From Elusimicrobiales bacterium (lineage in GTDB: Bacteria; Elusimicrobiota; Elusimicrobia; Elusimicrobiales; UBA9959), in the NCBI GenBank assembly GCA_038204165.1, contig JBBRDG010000001.1, positions 11,191-75,190 on the forward strand: a stretch of DNA of 64,000 bases, in the 5' to 3' direction. The notes below the pieces were generated by a model. The model searched no databases. It had not been told where the DNA came from and saw only the letters and a list, made by a program, of their open reading frames with translations. The translations under genes were made by a program, and so were the position numbers. This document shows positions 63,800 through 64,000 of this stretch, piece after piece. Position 1 is the first letter of the stretch. The number at the start of each line of letters is the position of its first letter.

Positions 63800-64000
63800 A
63801 TGAACACCGAATTAATACTTGTCATCCTCAGTTCTATAGTCCTCGTCTCCTACTTGTTCGATATCTTTTCATCCAGGATCAAGCTGCCTTCAGTGGTACT
63901 GCTGCTGGGCTCCGGCCTGGCCCTTCGCGTGCTGTCACGCTGGACCGGCTATGACATCCCTTATATAGACCGCGTGCTCGCCCCGCTGGGAACCGTGGGG
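63800..64000 (+). CDS. cation:proton antiporter family protein, N-terminal fragment (runs off window)
   Basis: Own translation gives MNTELILVILSSIVLVSYLFDIFSSRIKLPSVVLLLGSGLALR..., an N-terminus typical of CPA1/2 Na+/H+ exchangers. Confidence 0.55.
   Translation, partial: MNTELILVILSSIVLVSYLFDIFSSRIKLPSVVLLLGSGLALRVLSRWTGYDIPYIDRVLAPLGTVG

Overview
GC-rich (about 60% by eye) bacterial chromosome segment. I saw no rRNA, tRNA, CRISPR array, transposase or integrase. Positions 1-25701 form a single minus-strand array of 38 tightly packed genes: rplC to rplQ (the S10/spc/alpha ribosomal-protein clusters with secY, adk, map, infA, rpmJ, rpoA), followed after a 5-nt gap by mreBCD, mrdA, rodA, a DUF2344 protein, rng, a cell-wall amidase and murI. 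rpsJ (S10) and rpmD (L30) are absent. The array starts behind a consensus sigma70 promoter and a leader of about 370 nt. The remaining 38 kb is a mosaic of small transcription units: VOC protein, Aas-like enzyme, flavoprotein, SMUG1-type UDG, pyk, peptidoglycan-recycling genes, C11 peptidase plus MBL hydrolase, yerC-trpB, RRM protein, DUF2339, J-protein, several orphan receiver domains, a sensorless histidine kinase, an orphan pilin, a secreted RNase, an OPT transporter, rlmN, a DTW protein and a CNNM protein. It also holds many signal-peptide or lipoprotein ORFs of unknown function. I found no recognisable defence or mobile system. The most unusual signals are: (i) a recurring TTTGnTAnAAT extended -10 promoter, with eight genes whose ATG lies exactly 6 nt after a -10 box, implying leaderless mRNAs, including a 15-codon uORF coupled to pyk; (ii) a near-identical terminator hairpin, AACCGCCGGG-N4-CCCGGCGGTT, reused about 10 times; (iii) a secreted protein with four tandem 38-aa four-cysteine repeats; (iv) a divergent secreted RNase Sa/barnase-family enzyme with no adjacent inhibitor; (v) an Aas-like enzyme lacking its C-terminal subdomain. 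All functional calls come from reading the translations against remembered family motifs. No database search was run.
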